From the NCBI GenBank assembly GCA_046485045.1, contig JAWOHT010000007.1, forward strand, positions 1,747-65,746: DNA of 64,000 nt. The letters run 5' to 3'. The notes under the pieces are model-generated. The model was not told where the DNA came from. It saw only the letters and a program-made list of their open reading frames with translations, and did not search any database. Of this stretch, positions 47,406 through 56,928 are shown piece after piece; positions within the stretch are counted from its first letter, which is position 1, and each line of letters opens with the position of its first letter. The DNA comes from Bacteroidales bacterium. Its GTDB lineage: Bacteria; Bacteroidota; Bacteroidia; Bacteroidales; UBA10428. Position numbers and translations under genes: made by a program.

Positions 47406-49146
47406 CCAATAACGTTTTCATTTTGTTCAACAAAACATCTATCTGAAAAGGTTTACTTATATACTCGTTCATACCCGCAGCAAGGCATGCTTCTTTGTCA
47501 CCAGAAAGTGCATTTGCGGTAATTGCAATAATAGGTACATGGGTATTTGTGCTGGCCTCCAACTCGCGAATCTTTTTAGTGGCAATAATTCCATTCATCA
47601 CCGGCATCTGAATATCCATAAGAATCAAATCGTATCTCGATGAGCCAAATTTATCAAGCGCCTCTTTGCCATTTATAGCCACATCGATGTTTTTTACAAA
47701 ATTCTTAAGGCTAAGGATCACGATCTTCTGGTTGATGGCATTGTCCTCAACAAGTAAAATGTTTGAATTTTTCAGGTCAACGCGCTCCTTCTGCTGGATC
47801 ATCATCCCCGAAGTACCCTCCAACTCAGGCTTGCCAGTTTCGGCAGCTTTCGTAAGATCGGCTTGCATGTCGAGAGTAAAGGTAAATCTGGTGATATAAT
47901 TTTCAGACTCAATCTCCAGTTTACCATTTTGATATTCAATGATCTTATTGGCAATGTTGAGGTCAAGAATTACCTCCTCTTTCATTTCATCCTGGCGATG
48001 TGCGGAAACAACTTTATAGTATCCGGATTTCATTCTGTGAATATCAATCATCGGACAGGTGACAGAGAATGATATTTTTACATACTCATCAATGTGCTTT
48101 TCTGGAAATACTTCAATATATATCTCATTCTTAGTATCATCAATTGCTTTTATTATGTTCTCGAGAAGATTTAAAAACACCTGCTTCAACCTTATAGGAT
48201 CACCGATAAGGTTAAACCTGATTTTGGTTGAGATATCGAGGTTGATTTCGAGGTTATCTTTATGCTGGTCCCTGAATATCCTAAGCGTATTGTCAATCGC
48301 AGAATATAAGTCAAAGCTTGTTTTACTGAGGATATCCTTTTCAACTGCTATGTTCGAAACCTGTACGATATTGTCAACAACATTTATCAGGTTATTGGTT
48401 GATGCCACAATTGTATCAAACAGGTCTATCATTTCATTATCAAGCTTACTCCTGTCAATCAGGTTCGATACCATAGTAAGATTGTTCAGCGGGGTCCTTA
48501 TCTGATGAGACAATTTCGAGATGAAATCATCTTTTTTCCTGGTTTCTATCCTTGATTCAAAAATGTTTTTTTCCTGTCTTTTATAGCTGTATGTTCTTTC
48601 AAATTCGAGGAGATAAATTAATAAATGCAGTAACAGGTATGCAATCAGAATTTTTACTGTAACTATATTGTCAAATTCAACTCTCAGGCCCAATAAATCC
48701 CCGGCAAAAAAGAGAGCACCTAAAATAAAAAATAAAATTAAAGACAAAATTCCTCCGGTACGGCTCCCAAACAAGATGATAATACCTATTGGACATGTAA
48801 AAACCCATATAAAATCAATGGTTTCAACACCCCTGGTTAAAAGTATATAAAACAGAAAAACCAGCCCGACAATGATTATAATTACCCTTGAAATTTTAAA
48901 ATTATTCATGAACCTGTTTATGAAGAAAGCACTCAGGCCTGCCAGTAAAGCGATACCTGCACCTACAACGTCAGAATAATTCTTTAGATATAAAGAAATC
49001 AACGCGTAAAAGAAACATGAAAAGCTGAAAATAAGCGAAATAAGATGTACCACAAATGTTTTGTTCGAGTCTTCGGGAACAACGTTTTCAGAAACTTTTT
49101 TGATATATTTATCGGATAAGTTCTCTAAGAATCTCATGTTAAGCAT
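47395..49146 (-). CDS. hybrid sensor kinase-like protein (multi-TM sensor + HisKA + degenerate HATPase + REC)
   Basis: 583 aa. About 5-6 N-terminal TM helices, H-box LSHQIRTPLNNL, N-box-like LLENIIKA. No DxGxG (G1) or GxGxG (G2) boxes. Intact receiver domain ILLVEDNAINQ...DLILMDIQMPVMNG...ISKP. Confidence 0.75.
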   Translation of the reverse strand: MLNMRFLENLSDKYIKKVSENVVPEDSNKTFVVHLISLIFSFSCFFYALISLYLKNYSDVVGAGIALLAGLSAFFINRFMNNFKISRVIIIIVGLVFLFYILLTRGVETIDFIWVFTCPIGIIILFGSRTGGILSLILFFILGALFFAGDLLGLRVEFDNIVTVKILIAYLLLHLLIYLLEFERTYSYKRQEKNIFESRIETRKKDDFISKLSHQIRTPLNNLTMVSNLIDRSKLDNEMIDLFDTIVASTNNLINVVDNIVQVSNIAVEKDILSKTSFDLYSAIDNTLRIFRDQHKDNLEINLDISTKIRFNLIGDPIRLKQVFLNLLENIIKAIDDTKNEIYIEVFPEKHIDEYVKISFSVTCPMIDIHRMKSGYYKVVSAHRQDEMKEEVILDLNIANKIIEYQNGKLEIESENYITRFTFTLDMQADLTKAAETGKPELEGTSGMMIQQKERVDLKNSNILLVEDNAINQKIVILSLKNFVKNIDVAINGKEALDKFGSSRYDLILMDIQMPVMNGIIATKKIRELEASTNTHVPIIAITANALSGDKEACLAAGMNEYISKPFQIDVLLNKMKTLLEKK

Positions 49147-49281
49147 TGTTTCGATTATAAAGATAATTATTTTTTATTGAAAAAACAGCTTATTACGATA
49201 AGATACTACTTCACAATTTGTGTCGTTATTATTTTATGGTTTCTGATTAAATAGTAAATTTGTTATTAAGGTTAACTAAAA

Positions 49282-49962
49282 ATGATGAGAATACCGTTTA
49301 TTTGGCTTTTTTCAGTATTAACAGGAATTTATCTTTGTGCACAGGAAGATTCCTCGGATATGGTTAAATACACACCTGAATTCAAATTTATAGAAGGCAT
49401 ATATGTAAATTTCAATCAGGTAAAAAACAATAGTCCTATCTCCAAATCGAGGATACTTACTGATGTGGACTATGACGATCCATATTTCTTCGACAGGGTT
49501 ACAGAAGGCAAGAAGCTTTACTATTACGACTACAATGGTGTAAAACAGGAGATACCAGTAAAAAATATATGGGGCTATTCACGAAACGGGGTGTTATACA
49601 TTGCAATAAATGATGGGTTTTACAGGATAACCATTGTTGGTAGCATCTGCCACTTCGTGGCCAATCTTACAACCTACACACCTGCTTACGGTTACGGCTA
49701 TCCATATTACAACTATTACGATTATCACCCATACGGTATACGCCCCACAACACGCAATACCTCCGAGATGAGGCAATACCTGATAGATTTCAGTACCGGA
49801 AGGGTAATGGAATACGAAACTTCCACCGTAGAAGTGTTGTTAATGAAAGATCCTGAACTACACGATGAATATGCCGCTTTGAAAAACAAAAAGAAAAAAC
49901 AACTTAAATTTATGTATATCAGAAAATTCAACGATAGAAATCCTTTATTTTTTCCAAAATAA
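49282..49962 (+). CDS. hypothetical secreted protein with Tyr-rich low-complexity segment
   Basis: 226 aa with a signal peptide (FIWLFSVLTGIYLCAQ). Segment YTPAYGYGYPYYNYYDYHPYG. No family recognised. Confidence 0.45.
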   Translation: MMRIPFIWLFSVLTGIYLCAQEDSSDMVKYTPEFKFIEGIYVNFNQVKNNSPISKSRILTDVDYDDPYFFDRVTEGKKLYYYDYNGVKQEIPVKNIWGYSRNGVLYIAINDGFYRITIVGSICHFVANLTTYTPAYGYGYPYYNYYDYHPYGIRPTTRNTSEMRQYLIDFSTGRVMEYETSTVEVLLMKDPELHDEYAALKNKKKKQLKFMYIRKFNDRNPLFFPK

Positions 49963-49973
49963 AACACTTGATT

Positions 49974-50819
49974 ATGAAAAAAATATTTTTTATGCTTTTG
50001 GTAACGGGTTTGATCAAACCTGTATTCTCACAGAGTTACATACCTACCCGTGAAGACATTAATACCTTTTTCACTACAAAAACATTGGTGGTGCTTGAGG
50101 ACAATCCGCTGCTTGAGTACAATATGGTTATTAAAGATGTTATGAAACAGGAATGGAGTATTACCGAGTATGATTTTATTTCATTTAAAGAATTTGAAGA
50201 AAAAAGGAAGGATGCGAAGTACTCTTTTCTGCTTATGACCCAGGTAAGCTTTGAGAACGATAAGACAGATGCACAGTACAGGTTTCTGCACCTTTCGCTG
50301 GGTGGCGATTATTTTCGCCTTAACCAGATGCCAGATATAGCCTCGGTACCGGCTGCCTATTTCAATGTTGAAGAAGACAATTATGCTTACAAACTAGGAA
50401 TTCTTGTAAGGTTTATCCAAAAACACGCGTTACTGATAAAAGAACGTCCTGAAATTCTATCGGCAAATGTACTAAAGCATTACAACAACAATATTAAAGA
50501 TATCAAAGACAAAACCTTGTACCTGCTCGAAAGTGAACTGGCCAAAGATGTCAATTCGGTGGCGCGGATAAAAAAAATATATCCATATAAAATTAAAATA
50601 GTAACCAAAGAGGAAATAGAGCAAGCCATTGAGGAGCGTGATGACAACGTAGTTTTCCTTCACAAAGTGGGCCCCGAAGGCACCAAGATAGATGCCCGTT
50701 GTTATAAAATAATTATTGGTGCAGGCGATGCAAACTTTTATTATTTCGATTTCCACAAAATCAGCGAAAAAAACCCTGACGGGTTTCTTGCAAGCGATTT
50801 TAAAAAACTGGCAAAGTAA
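49974..50819 (+). CDS. hypothetical secreted protein
   Basis: Track ORF trimmed to the ATG (MKKIFFMLLVTGLIKPVFSQ). 11 nt after the preceding gene, so likely co-transcribed. No family recognised. Confidence 0.45.
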   Translation: MKKIFFMLLVTGLIKPVFSQSYIPTREDINTFFTTKTLVVLEDNPLLEYNMVIKDVMKQEWSITEYDFISFKEFEEKRKDAKYSFLLMTQVSFENDKTDAQYRFLHLSLGGDYFRLNQMPDIASVPAAYFNVEEDNYAYKLGILVRFIQKHALLIKERPEILSANVLKHYNNNIKDIKDKTLYLLESELAKDVNSVARIKKIYPYKIKIVTKEEIEQAIEERDDNVVFLHKVGPEGTKIDARCYKIIIGAGDANFYYFDFHKISEKNPDGFLASDFKKLAK

Positions 50820-50865
50820 CCGGCATAATTTGTACTAATTCTGTAACTTCTAAAACGAAATAACT

Positions 50866-52152
50866 ATGAAACATTTCAAAACCTCATCAAGTCTTTTAAT
50901 TATTATTGCTTTGTTTGTTTCCTGCGGCACAGGTGATAGCTCAAAGCAAAAAATCGTTATTACCAACGGGTCATCCATTCACCTGAAAGATAAACCAGTA
51001 ACCCTTGTAAGAGATTCTTTGCGATTGCAAGAGGGCGTGAACCTTTATCCTTTTCTTACTTCAGAAAACGGAGATACTATTGCTTCGCAGCTTGACGACA
51101 TAGATGGTGATGGCCGGTGGGACCAACTATTCTTTGTGGCTGATATACCAGCACAAAGCAGTCGCAATTTCAGCCTGAAATGGGTAAAAGTACCGCCCGC
51201 GTACACCCTGCGCACCAATGTGCGGTTTGGAAAACGCTCATCAAAGGAAACACCGGTATTTGCCAAAACCAGCGATACACTTTATGCAAACCAGGTGCAC
51301 AAAGCCCTGGGATACCAGCCTTATCAAACTGATGGCCCCCTTTGGGAAAACGACAAAGTGGGTTTCAGACACTATTTTGACGGGCGTAATTCAAAAGATT
51401 TTTTCGGCAAAACGAGATCGTATATGACCCCCGATACAGTTGGTGTGAACAAAAAAGGCGAAGTGGAAGATAATTACCATGTAATGGCCGACTGGGGCAG
51501 GGATATTCTTGCCGTGGGTAATTCTGTCGGAATTGGAGGTTTTGGATTAATAACCGGTGATAAATTATGCAGACTTGGCATTACCAATAATGACACTTTG
51601 AACAATATTGAAAAAACAAATTTAAATATTATTGCTGAAGGCCCGGTACATACAGCCCTGCATTTTGGTTACAGAAACTGGCAGGCTGGTGGGAGATTAT
51701 ACCAGGCCGATGAGGTAACCAGTATTTGGCCTGGAATGTATGCCTTTAAAAACAGCGTAAAAATATCAGGCCTTCAGGGTGATGAAACTCTTTTGGTCGG
51801 ACTGGTAAACATCAACACCGACAATCAGCCGTCTGAAATTGCTGTGAATGAAAAATTTGTGATTCTTTACACTCACGACAAACAAACATATGACAAAGTC
51901 TGGTACCTCGGGCTTGCGCTCATTCTTCCGCGCGATGCGTACCTCGGTTATGGTGAAGCGCCAGCTGAAGGGCCTCTTTCAAATACCTTTTATGCAAAAC
52001 TTAAAATTACCGAAAACGAACCTGTTGATTATTTTGCGGTAGGTGCATGGGAATTGTCTGATCAGGGATTTACAGATTCCGAATATTTCAGGAGTTATGT
52101 TGAAAACCTGGCAGAACAATTGGCTGTGGAAGTTTCGATAAGTATTGAATAA
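50866..52152 (+). CDS. lipoprotein, DUF4861-like
   Basis: 428 aa with a lipoprotein signal (IIALFVSCGTGD). The family call comes from remembered similarity (DGDGRWDQLFF, GPLWENDKVGFRHYFDGRN) and was not searched. Confidence 0.4.
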   Translation: MKHFKTSSSLLIIIALFVSCGTGDSSKQKIVITNGSSIHLKDKPVTLVRDSLRLQEGVNLYPFLTSENGDTIASQLDDIDGDGRWDQLFFVADIPAQSSRNFSLKWVKVPPAYTLRTNVRFGKRSSKETPVFAKTSDTLYANQVHKALGYQPYQTDGPLWENDKVGFRHYFDGRNSKDFFGKTRSYMTPDTVGVNKKGEVEDNYHVMADWGRDILAVGNSVGIGGFGLITGDKLCRLGITNNDTLNNIEKTNLNIIAEGPVHTALHFGYRNWQAGGRLYQADEVTSIWPGMYAFKNSVKISGLQGDETLLVGLVNINTDNQPSEIAVNEKFVILYTHDKQTYDKVWYLGLALILPRDAYLGYGEAPAEGPLSNTFYAKLKITENEPVDYFAVGAWELSDQGFTDSEYFRSYVENLAEQLAVEVSISIE

Positions 52153-52160
52153 TAACCCAC

Positions 52161-52191
52161 AAAAAAAAGCCGGCTTACACCGGCTTTTTTT
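52161..52191. terminator. bidirectional rho-independent terminator between convergent genes
   Basis: AAAAAAAAGCCGG-cttaca-CCGGCTTTTTTT. A GC stem flanked by an A-tract and a T-tract, so it can terminate both strands. Confidence 0.7.
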
Positions 52192-53203
52192 ATACCATCG
52201 GGTATTTTTTGAAAATCTCTTCTGATTTGAGCAACAGGTCAATATACTGTGCCCTCTTGTATACAAACGGGTCGTTTATCGTCTTGTTAGAAAGCTTGCC
52301 CCTGAAGTCAGAGAGTTTATCGTAACCTTTTTTCTCCATCCATTTCTGAATATCGTCTACAATAGTTTTAATAACCTCTATTTTATTCTTATAAACCGTA
52401 CTCACTATCTGAACACAATCTGCACCGGCAAGAATCATTTTTACTGCATCGCCACCAGTATAAATCCCCGTGTTGCTGCAGATATTTGCCCTGATGTTAG
52501 CGTACAGCAGTCCGGCAAAGCGCAATGCAAGCCTGTTGTCGTCGGGCTGGCTGAGACTGTATGGGGCAAAATGCGCCTCTTTGTCAATATCAATATCAGG
52601 CTGGAACATCCTGTTAAACAACACAAATCCATCGGCTCCAGCTTTATCAAGCAGTCCGATAACATTCAAAGGATTAGCATAAAACGGACTAAGTTTCACA
52701 CTTACAGGTATTTTCACTTTGGCTTTTACGGCTTTCAATACTTCCATCTGCATCTCATTGATCTTTCTGCCATCAAGTTCCATTTCTCTGGGAACAGAAT
52801 AAAAATTGAGTTCAAGGGCATCTACCCCTGTTTGCTCAATAAGACGGGCATATTCAACCCATGTTTCCCTGTATATGGCATTAAGGCTGGCTATTACCGG
52901 AACATTGATACTTTCCTTCACCTTACGGAGTTTCAGCAGGTGCTCTTCTGGTCCTGCGTGTTGCAGGGTTGGAAAAAGGGTAACCATTTCGGCATTGCGT
53001 TCACTGTATTCATCCATGTCATCATCGAGCTGGGCCGCTTCGAGCTGAATCTGTTCTTCAAAAAGTGACTTATAGACAACCGCGCCTACCCCGGCATCAA
53101 CTGCCCTTTTAATATTGTCGAGATTGGTAACAAGGTTGCTTGCACCTAAGATTACCGGGTTCTTAAGCTGCAGACCCAGGTATTTCGTTTTTAAATCAAC
53201 CAT
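52190..53203 (-). CDS. dihydroorotate dehydrogenase-like TIM-barrel flavoprotein (DHOD class 1/PreA-related)
   Basis: 337 aa. N-terminal LKNPVILGASNL, DALELNFYSVP, SVKLSP, GGDAVKMILAGADCVQIVS fit the FMN-binding DHOD/DPD fold. Confidence 0.65.
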   Translation of the reverse strand: MVDLKTKYLGLQLKNPVILGASNLVTNLDNIKRAVDAGVGAVVYKSLFEEQIQLEAAQLDDDMDEYSERNAEMVTLFPTLQHAGPEEHLLKLRKVKESINVPVIASLNAIYRETWVEYARLIEQTGVDALELNFYSVPREMELDGRKINEMQMEVLKAVKAKVKIPVSVKLSPFYANPLNVIGLLDKAGADGFVLFNRMFQPDIDIDKEAHFAPYSLSQPDDNRLALRFAGLLYANIRANICSNTGIYTGGDAVKMILAGADCVQIVSTVYKNKIEVIKTIVDDIQKWMEKKGYDKLSDFRGKLSNKTINDPFVYKRAQYIDLLLKSEEIFKKYPMV

Positions 53204-53385
53204 AATGCTTTTTTTAATTGTTATAACCTGAAATTTCTTTTTATTTGAAGCACAAATTTATCAATAAAAATTAAAAAAGGCATCAGCCCGCAAAACCTTC
53301 TGTAATAATTATGCAAAATAGACAGGCCTGAAATAACACAAATTTTTTTATCTTTATAGTCCTTAACTAATTAATGGCATCTTAA

Positions 53386-55497
53386 ATGCAATTTCTACAT
53401 CTGTTGCGGCAATACCCGTTTATCAGGGTAATCATTCCATTTTCCGGAGGAGTTCTGGCCGGCAATCGGTTTATTTTTTCTGAAACCCTTGTGATTTTTG
53501 TTTTGTTGTTTTTAATCGGAACACTTGTTTTTATTCATTTTCATAACACGGCTTTCGGTTCAAGATGGCTGTTTGGAGTTTTTCTTAATCTTGCATTTAT
53601 CACATCGGGGGTTGCTTTTGCCAATATATATTTACAGAAAAACCTTGATGATGTAAAATACGGCAACACCTTAACTGTTTTTCAGGCCGAAGTAATCAGG
53701 TCTCCTGTGGAAAAAGAAAAATCGGTTGGGGCAATGCTCCGTATCACTTGTATGATGTCTGACAGTGTGATAAAAGACCGGTTCAGGGTAATGGCATATT
53801 TTGAAAAAGACAATCATTCAAAAAAACTCAGGGTTGGAGACATTATTGTTGCAAGGGTCTTCTTAAAGGAAATTGCCGGGCCGACAAATCCCTATGAGTT
53901 CAATTATAAAAAAAGAATGCAATGGAAAAACGTTTGCCTTACAACCTATATTAAAAGCTGTTACTGGGAAAAAACAGATTTTAGAAACAGTATTTTGTCA
54001 ATGGCGACAGGAATCAGAGAAAACATCTTTGCCCTATACAGTAAATGCGGGATAAAGGGGGATGAACTTGCTGTATTATCAGCGCTTACGCTTGGCTACA
54101 AAGACCAGTTGTCTGATGAAATAACACAATATTATGCCGCATCGGGGGCAATGCATATCCTTGCTGTTTCGGGTTTGCATGTAGGGATTATCTATATTCT
54201 GGCCAGCCGGTTATTGTTTTTTTTGAGAAAGACCAGATGGGGAAAAATACCATGCACTGTAATCATACTCTTTATATTATGGTCTTTTGCTGCCATTGCA
54301 GGGTTTAGTCCTTCGGTATCCAGGGCTGCCTTTATGTTTTCGGTAATTCAGACAGGAAAAACGCTCAGAAAACCACCCGATATCTATAACAATATTGCCT
54401 TTTCGGCTTTTGTCCTGTTGCTTATCAATCCCTTTCAGATATCCGATGTCGGTTTTCAGCTTTCATACATGGCTGTTACAGGCATCGTTTTTTTTCAGCC
54501 AAGAATATATAACCTGCTTTACATCAGGAACCGGGCGGCTGACTATTTATGGCAGCTTATTTCGGTTTCGCTTGCAGCACAGCTTGTAACCGCTCCTATA
54601 TCAATTTATTATTTTCACTATTTTCCAACCCTGTTCTGGCTTACCAGTATTTTTGTAATTCCATTGGCAGCAATAATTATCTATGGCGCAGTATTTCTTA
54701 TTTTTATGTATTACCTGCAACTGCCTTTTCTGTTCTTAGGAAAAATATTAAATATTATATTGAAAGTACAGAACCTGCTCATTTTCAAAATTCAGAACAT
54801 ATCGTTTGCATTGATTGAAAACATTGATTTATCTGTTTTTCAGGTTGTATTATACTTTATCATACTTTGCTCCTTCACCCTTTACCTGATAAGAAAAAAG
54901 GGCTCCTGGCTAATATTTGCCTTATCATTTTCAGCAGTATTTATGTTGCTGCATACGCTGCATGTAATGAAAATTGAAGACCAGAGACAAATCGTTGTCT
55001 TCAATATAGGTGTTAATACGGCAGTTTCGCTTGTTGATGGAAGAAACGCATTGTTTATTTCAGATTATGAACCTATAGAAGACCTTGCAGAAAATTTCAG
55101 GATAAAAAATTTTATTGTGAAAAGCGGAATACGTAAGATTGAGAATTACAGGATAACAGATGAAAATAAGCGGCTATACTATAAGCACATAAGTATTTTA
55201 AAGGCAAAAAACAGCATCTTTTTCACAAACGGAAGGTATAACGGCGTATTGATATACAAAAACACTTATAATGAGATACTTCCATCCGTCCCTTTAAAAA
55301 TAAACTGTATAGTACTTGCCAACAATGCAGCCATTGATCCTATACTGCTTAAAGAACAATATGATGCAGACTGGCTGGTAATTGACCCGTCGAATAGTAA
55401 ACAAAATCGCGCCAGATGGTTGTTTTCTGTAAATGATACCTTATACAGGGTTCATTCAGTTGCTGATGCCGGGGCATTTAAATTAAATGTTAATTAA
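53386..55497 (+). CDS. comEC: ComEC/Rec2 family DNA internalisation channel protein
   Basis: 703 aa. DUF4131-like N-terminus and a polytopic competence domain (GAMHILAVSGLHVGII, SPSVSRAAFMF, GFQLSYMAV). The C-terminal ~170 aa lack an HxHxDH metallo-beta-lactamase motif. Confidence 0.8.
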   Translation: MQFLHLLRQYPFIRVIIPFSGGVLAGNRFIFSETLVIFVLLFLIGTLVFIHFHNTAFGSRWLFGVFLNLAFITSGVAFANIYLQKNLDDVKYGNTLTVFQAEVIRSPVEKEKSVGAMLRITCMMSDSVIKDRFRVMAYFEKDNHSKKLRVGDIIVARVFLKEIAGPTNPYEFNYKKRMQWKNVCLTTYIKSCYWEKTDFRNSILSMATGIRENIFALYSKCGIKGDELAVLSALTLGYKDQLSDEITQYYAASGAMHILAVSGLHVGIIYILASRLLFFLRKTRWGKIPCTVIILFILWSFAAIAGFSPSVSRAAFMFSVIQTGKTLRKPPDIYNNIAFSAFVLLLINPFQISDVGFQLSYMAVTGIVFFQPRIYNLLYIRNRAADYLWQLISVSLAAQLVTAPISIYYFHYFPTLFWLTSIFVIPLAAIIIYGAVFLIFMYYLQLPFLFLGKILNIILKVQNLLIFKIQNISFALIENIDLSVFQVVLYFIILCSFTLYLIRKKGSWLIFALSFSAVFMLLHTLHVMKIEDQRQIVVFNIGVNTAVSLVDGRNALFISDYEPIEDLAENFRIKNFIVKSGIRKIENYRITDENKRLYYKHISILKAKNSIFFTNGRYNGVLIYKNTYNEILPSVPLKINCIVLANNAAIDPILLKEQYDADWLVIDPSNSKQNRARWLFSVNDTLYRVHSVADAGAFKLNVN

Positions 55498-55583
55498 TGT
55501 GTTCTGAAATAAAAAACTTTAAAAGTTCTTTATTATTAAACAGATTATAACTTATTTTGTCCTGTTTTTTTTATTGGACAAAA

Positions 55584-56924
55584 ATGCGAATAATTATAGC
55601 GGGGGCAGGCGAGGTTGGTTCTCACCTTGCAAAAATGCTAAGCCAGGAAAATCACGATATTATTTTGGTTGATCCGGATGAAGAAAAGCTCAAGCGGATT
55701 TCATCCAATCTTGATGTTATGACAAGGGCAGGTTCATCTACTTCCATAAGTCTGTTGACAGATTGCGACATTAAACGTTCAGACCTGCTGATTTCGGTTA
55801 CAACTTCAGAAGATACCAATATTACCACCTCGATACTCGGCAAAAAGCTTGGTGTAAAGAAAACCATCGCGCGAATTGACAACCAGGAATACCTGTTTCC
55901 CAAGTATATCGAGTTTTTCACCAATTTAGGTGTAGATTACATGATCTATCCCGAAAAAATTGCATCGCGCGAACTTATCAGCATGCTTGAACAAACAGGC
56001 AGTATAGACCTTGTTGATTTTGACAGGGGTAAACTCACCCTTTTTGCCATAAAACTTGATGAGGAAGCCCCGATCATTAACAAATCGCTGATGGAGACAG
56101 CACGCGATCTTAAAAAACAGGATTACAGGGCCGTAGCCATCTCCCGCAACGGTAAGACCATTATTCCCAGGGGAAGCGACATTTTTCTTGCCGGCGATAT
56201 TATTTATGTCATATCCAATACCGAGGGAATTCCCGAGTTGATGGAATACTCGGGTAAGGAAAAGATCGAGATTGACAATATTATGATACTCGGGGGCAGC
56301 AGAATCGGCACCCTGGCAGCTAAAGAGCTTGGTAACCAACATAATGTTAAATTGATTGAGATCAACCGTGAAAAAAGCTACCGGCTTTCAAACATGCTCG
56401 ACAACACCCTCGTGATAAACGGGGATGGCAGGGACTTAAACCTGCTGGTAGAAGAGGGGCTTAAAAACATGGACGCTTTTATTGCTGTTACCGGAGATAC
56501 CGAAACCAATATCCTGTCAAGTGTACTGGCCAGCAAACTTGGGGTTAAAAAGACCATTGCAGAGGTTGAAAACATAGATTATATAGTGCTGGCAGAAAAC
56601 ATGGGGATAGATACCATCATTAACAAAAAGATAATTACTGCCAGCCGTATTTTCAGGTTCACAACAAGTGAGTCGGTCTCTTCGGTAAAATGCCTTACCG
56701 GAACCAACGCCGAAGTGGTGGAATATTTGGCAAAAGAAGGCTCAAAGATTACCAAAGCGCCGCTCAACCAGTCTGGTTTTCCAAAAGATTCAATTATCGG
56801 GGGAATCATCAGGAATGATAACAGTTTTATAGCCAATGGATATACAATTATTCAACCCGGCGACAAAGTTATTGTATTCGCTTTGCCCTCGGCCATTGGT
56901 AAATTAGGTAAATTCTTCAACTGA
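55584..56924 (+). CDS. trkA: Trk system potassium uptake protein TrkA
   Basis: Track ORF trimmed to MRIIIAGAGEVGSHLA (Rossmann GxGxxG). Second TrkA-N repeat IMILGGSRIGTLAA. Immediately followed by trkH. Confidence 0.88.
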   Translation: MRIIIAGAGEVGSHLAKMLSQENHDIILVDPDEEKLKRISSNLDVMTRAGSSTSISLLTDCDIKRSDLLISVTTSEDTNITTSILGKKLGVKKTIARIDNQEYLFPKYIEFFTNLGVDYMIYPEKIASRELISMLEQTGSIDLVDFDRGKLTLFAIKLDEEAPIINKSLMETARDLKKQDYRAVAISRNGKTIIPRGSDIFLAGDIIYVISNTEGIPELMEYSGKEKIEIDNIMILGGSRIGTLAAKELGNQHNVKLIEINREKSYRLSNMLDNTLVINGDGRDLNLLVEEGLKNMDAFIAVTGDTETNILSSVLASKLGVKKTIAEVENIDYIVLAENMGIDTIINKKIITASRIFRFTTSESVSSVKCLTGTNAEVVEYLAKEGSKITKAPLNQSGFPKDSIIGGIIRNDNSFIANGYTIIQPGDKVIVFALPSAIGKLGKFFN

Positions 56925-56928
56925 TTTT

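Noticed and set aside
53386-55497. ComEC lacking an HxHxDH metallo-beta-lactamase motif in its C-terminal region, considered as a truncation or pseudogene
   Set aside because: The ORF is uninterrupted and of normal length for Bacteroidota ComEC. As far as I recall, a degenerate C-terminal domain is common in this phylum, so it is not evidence of decay.
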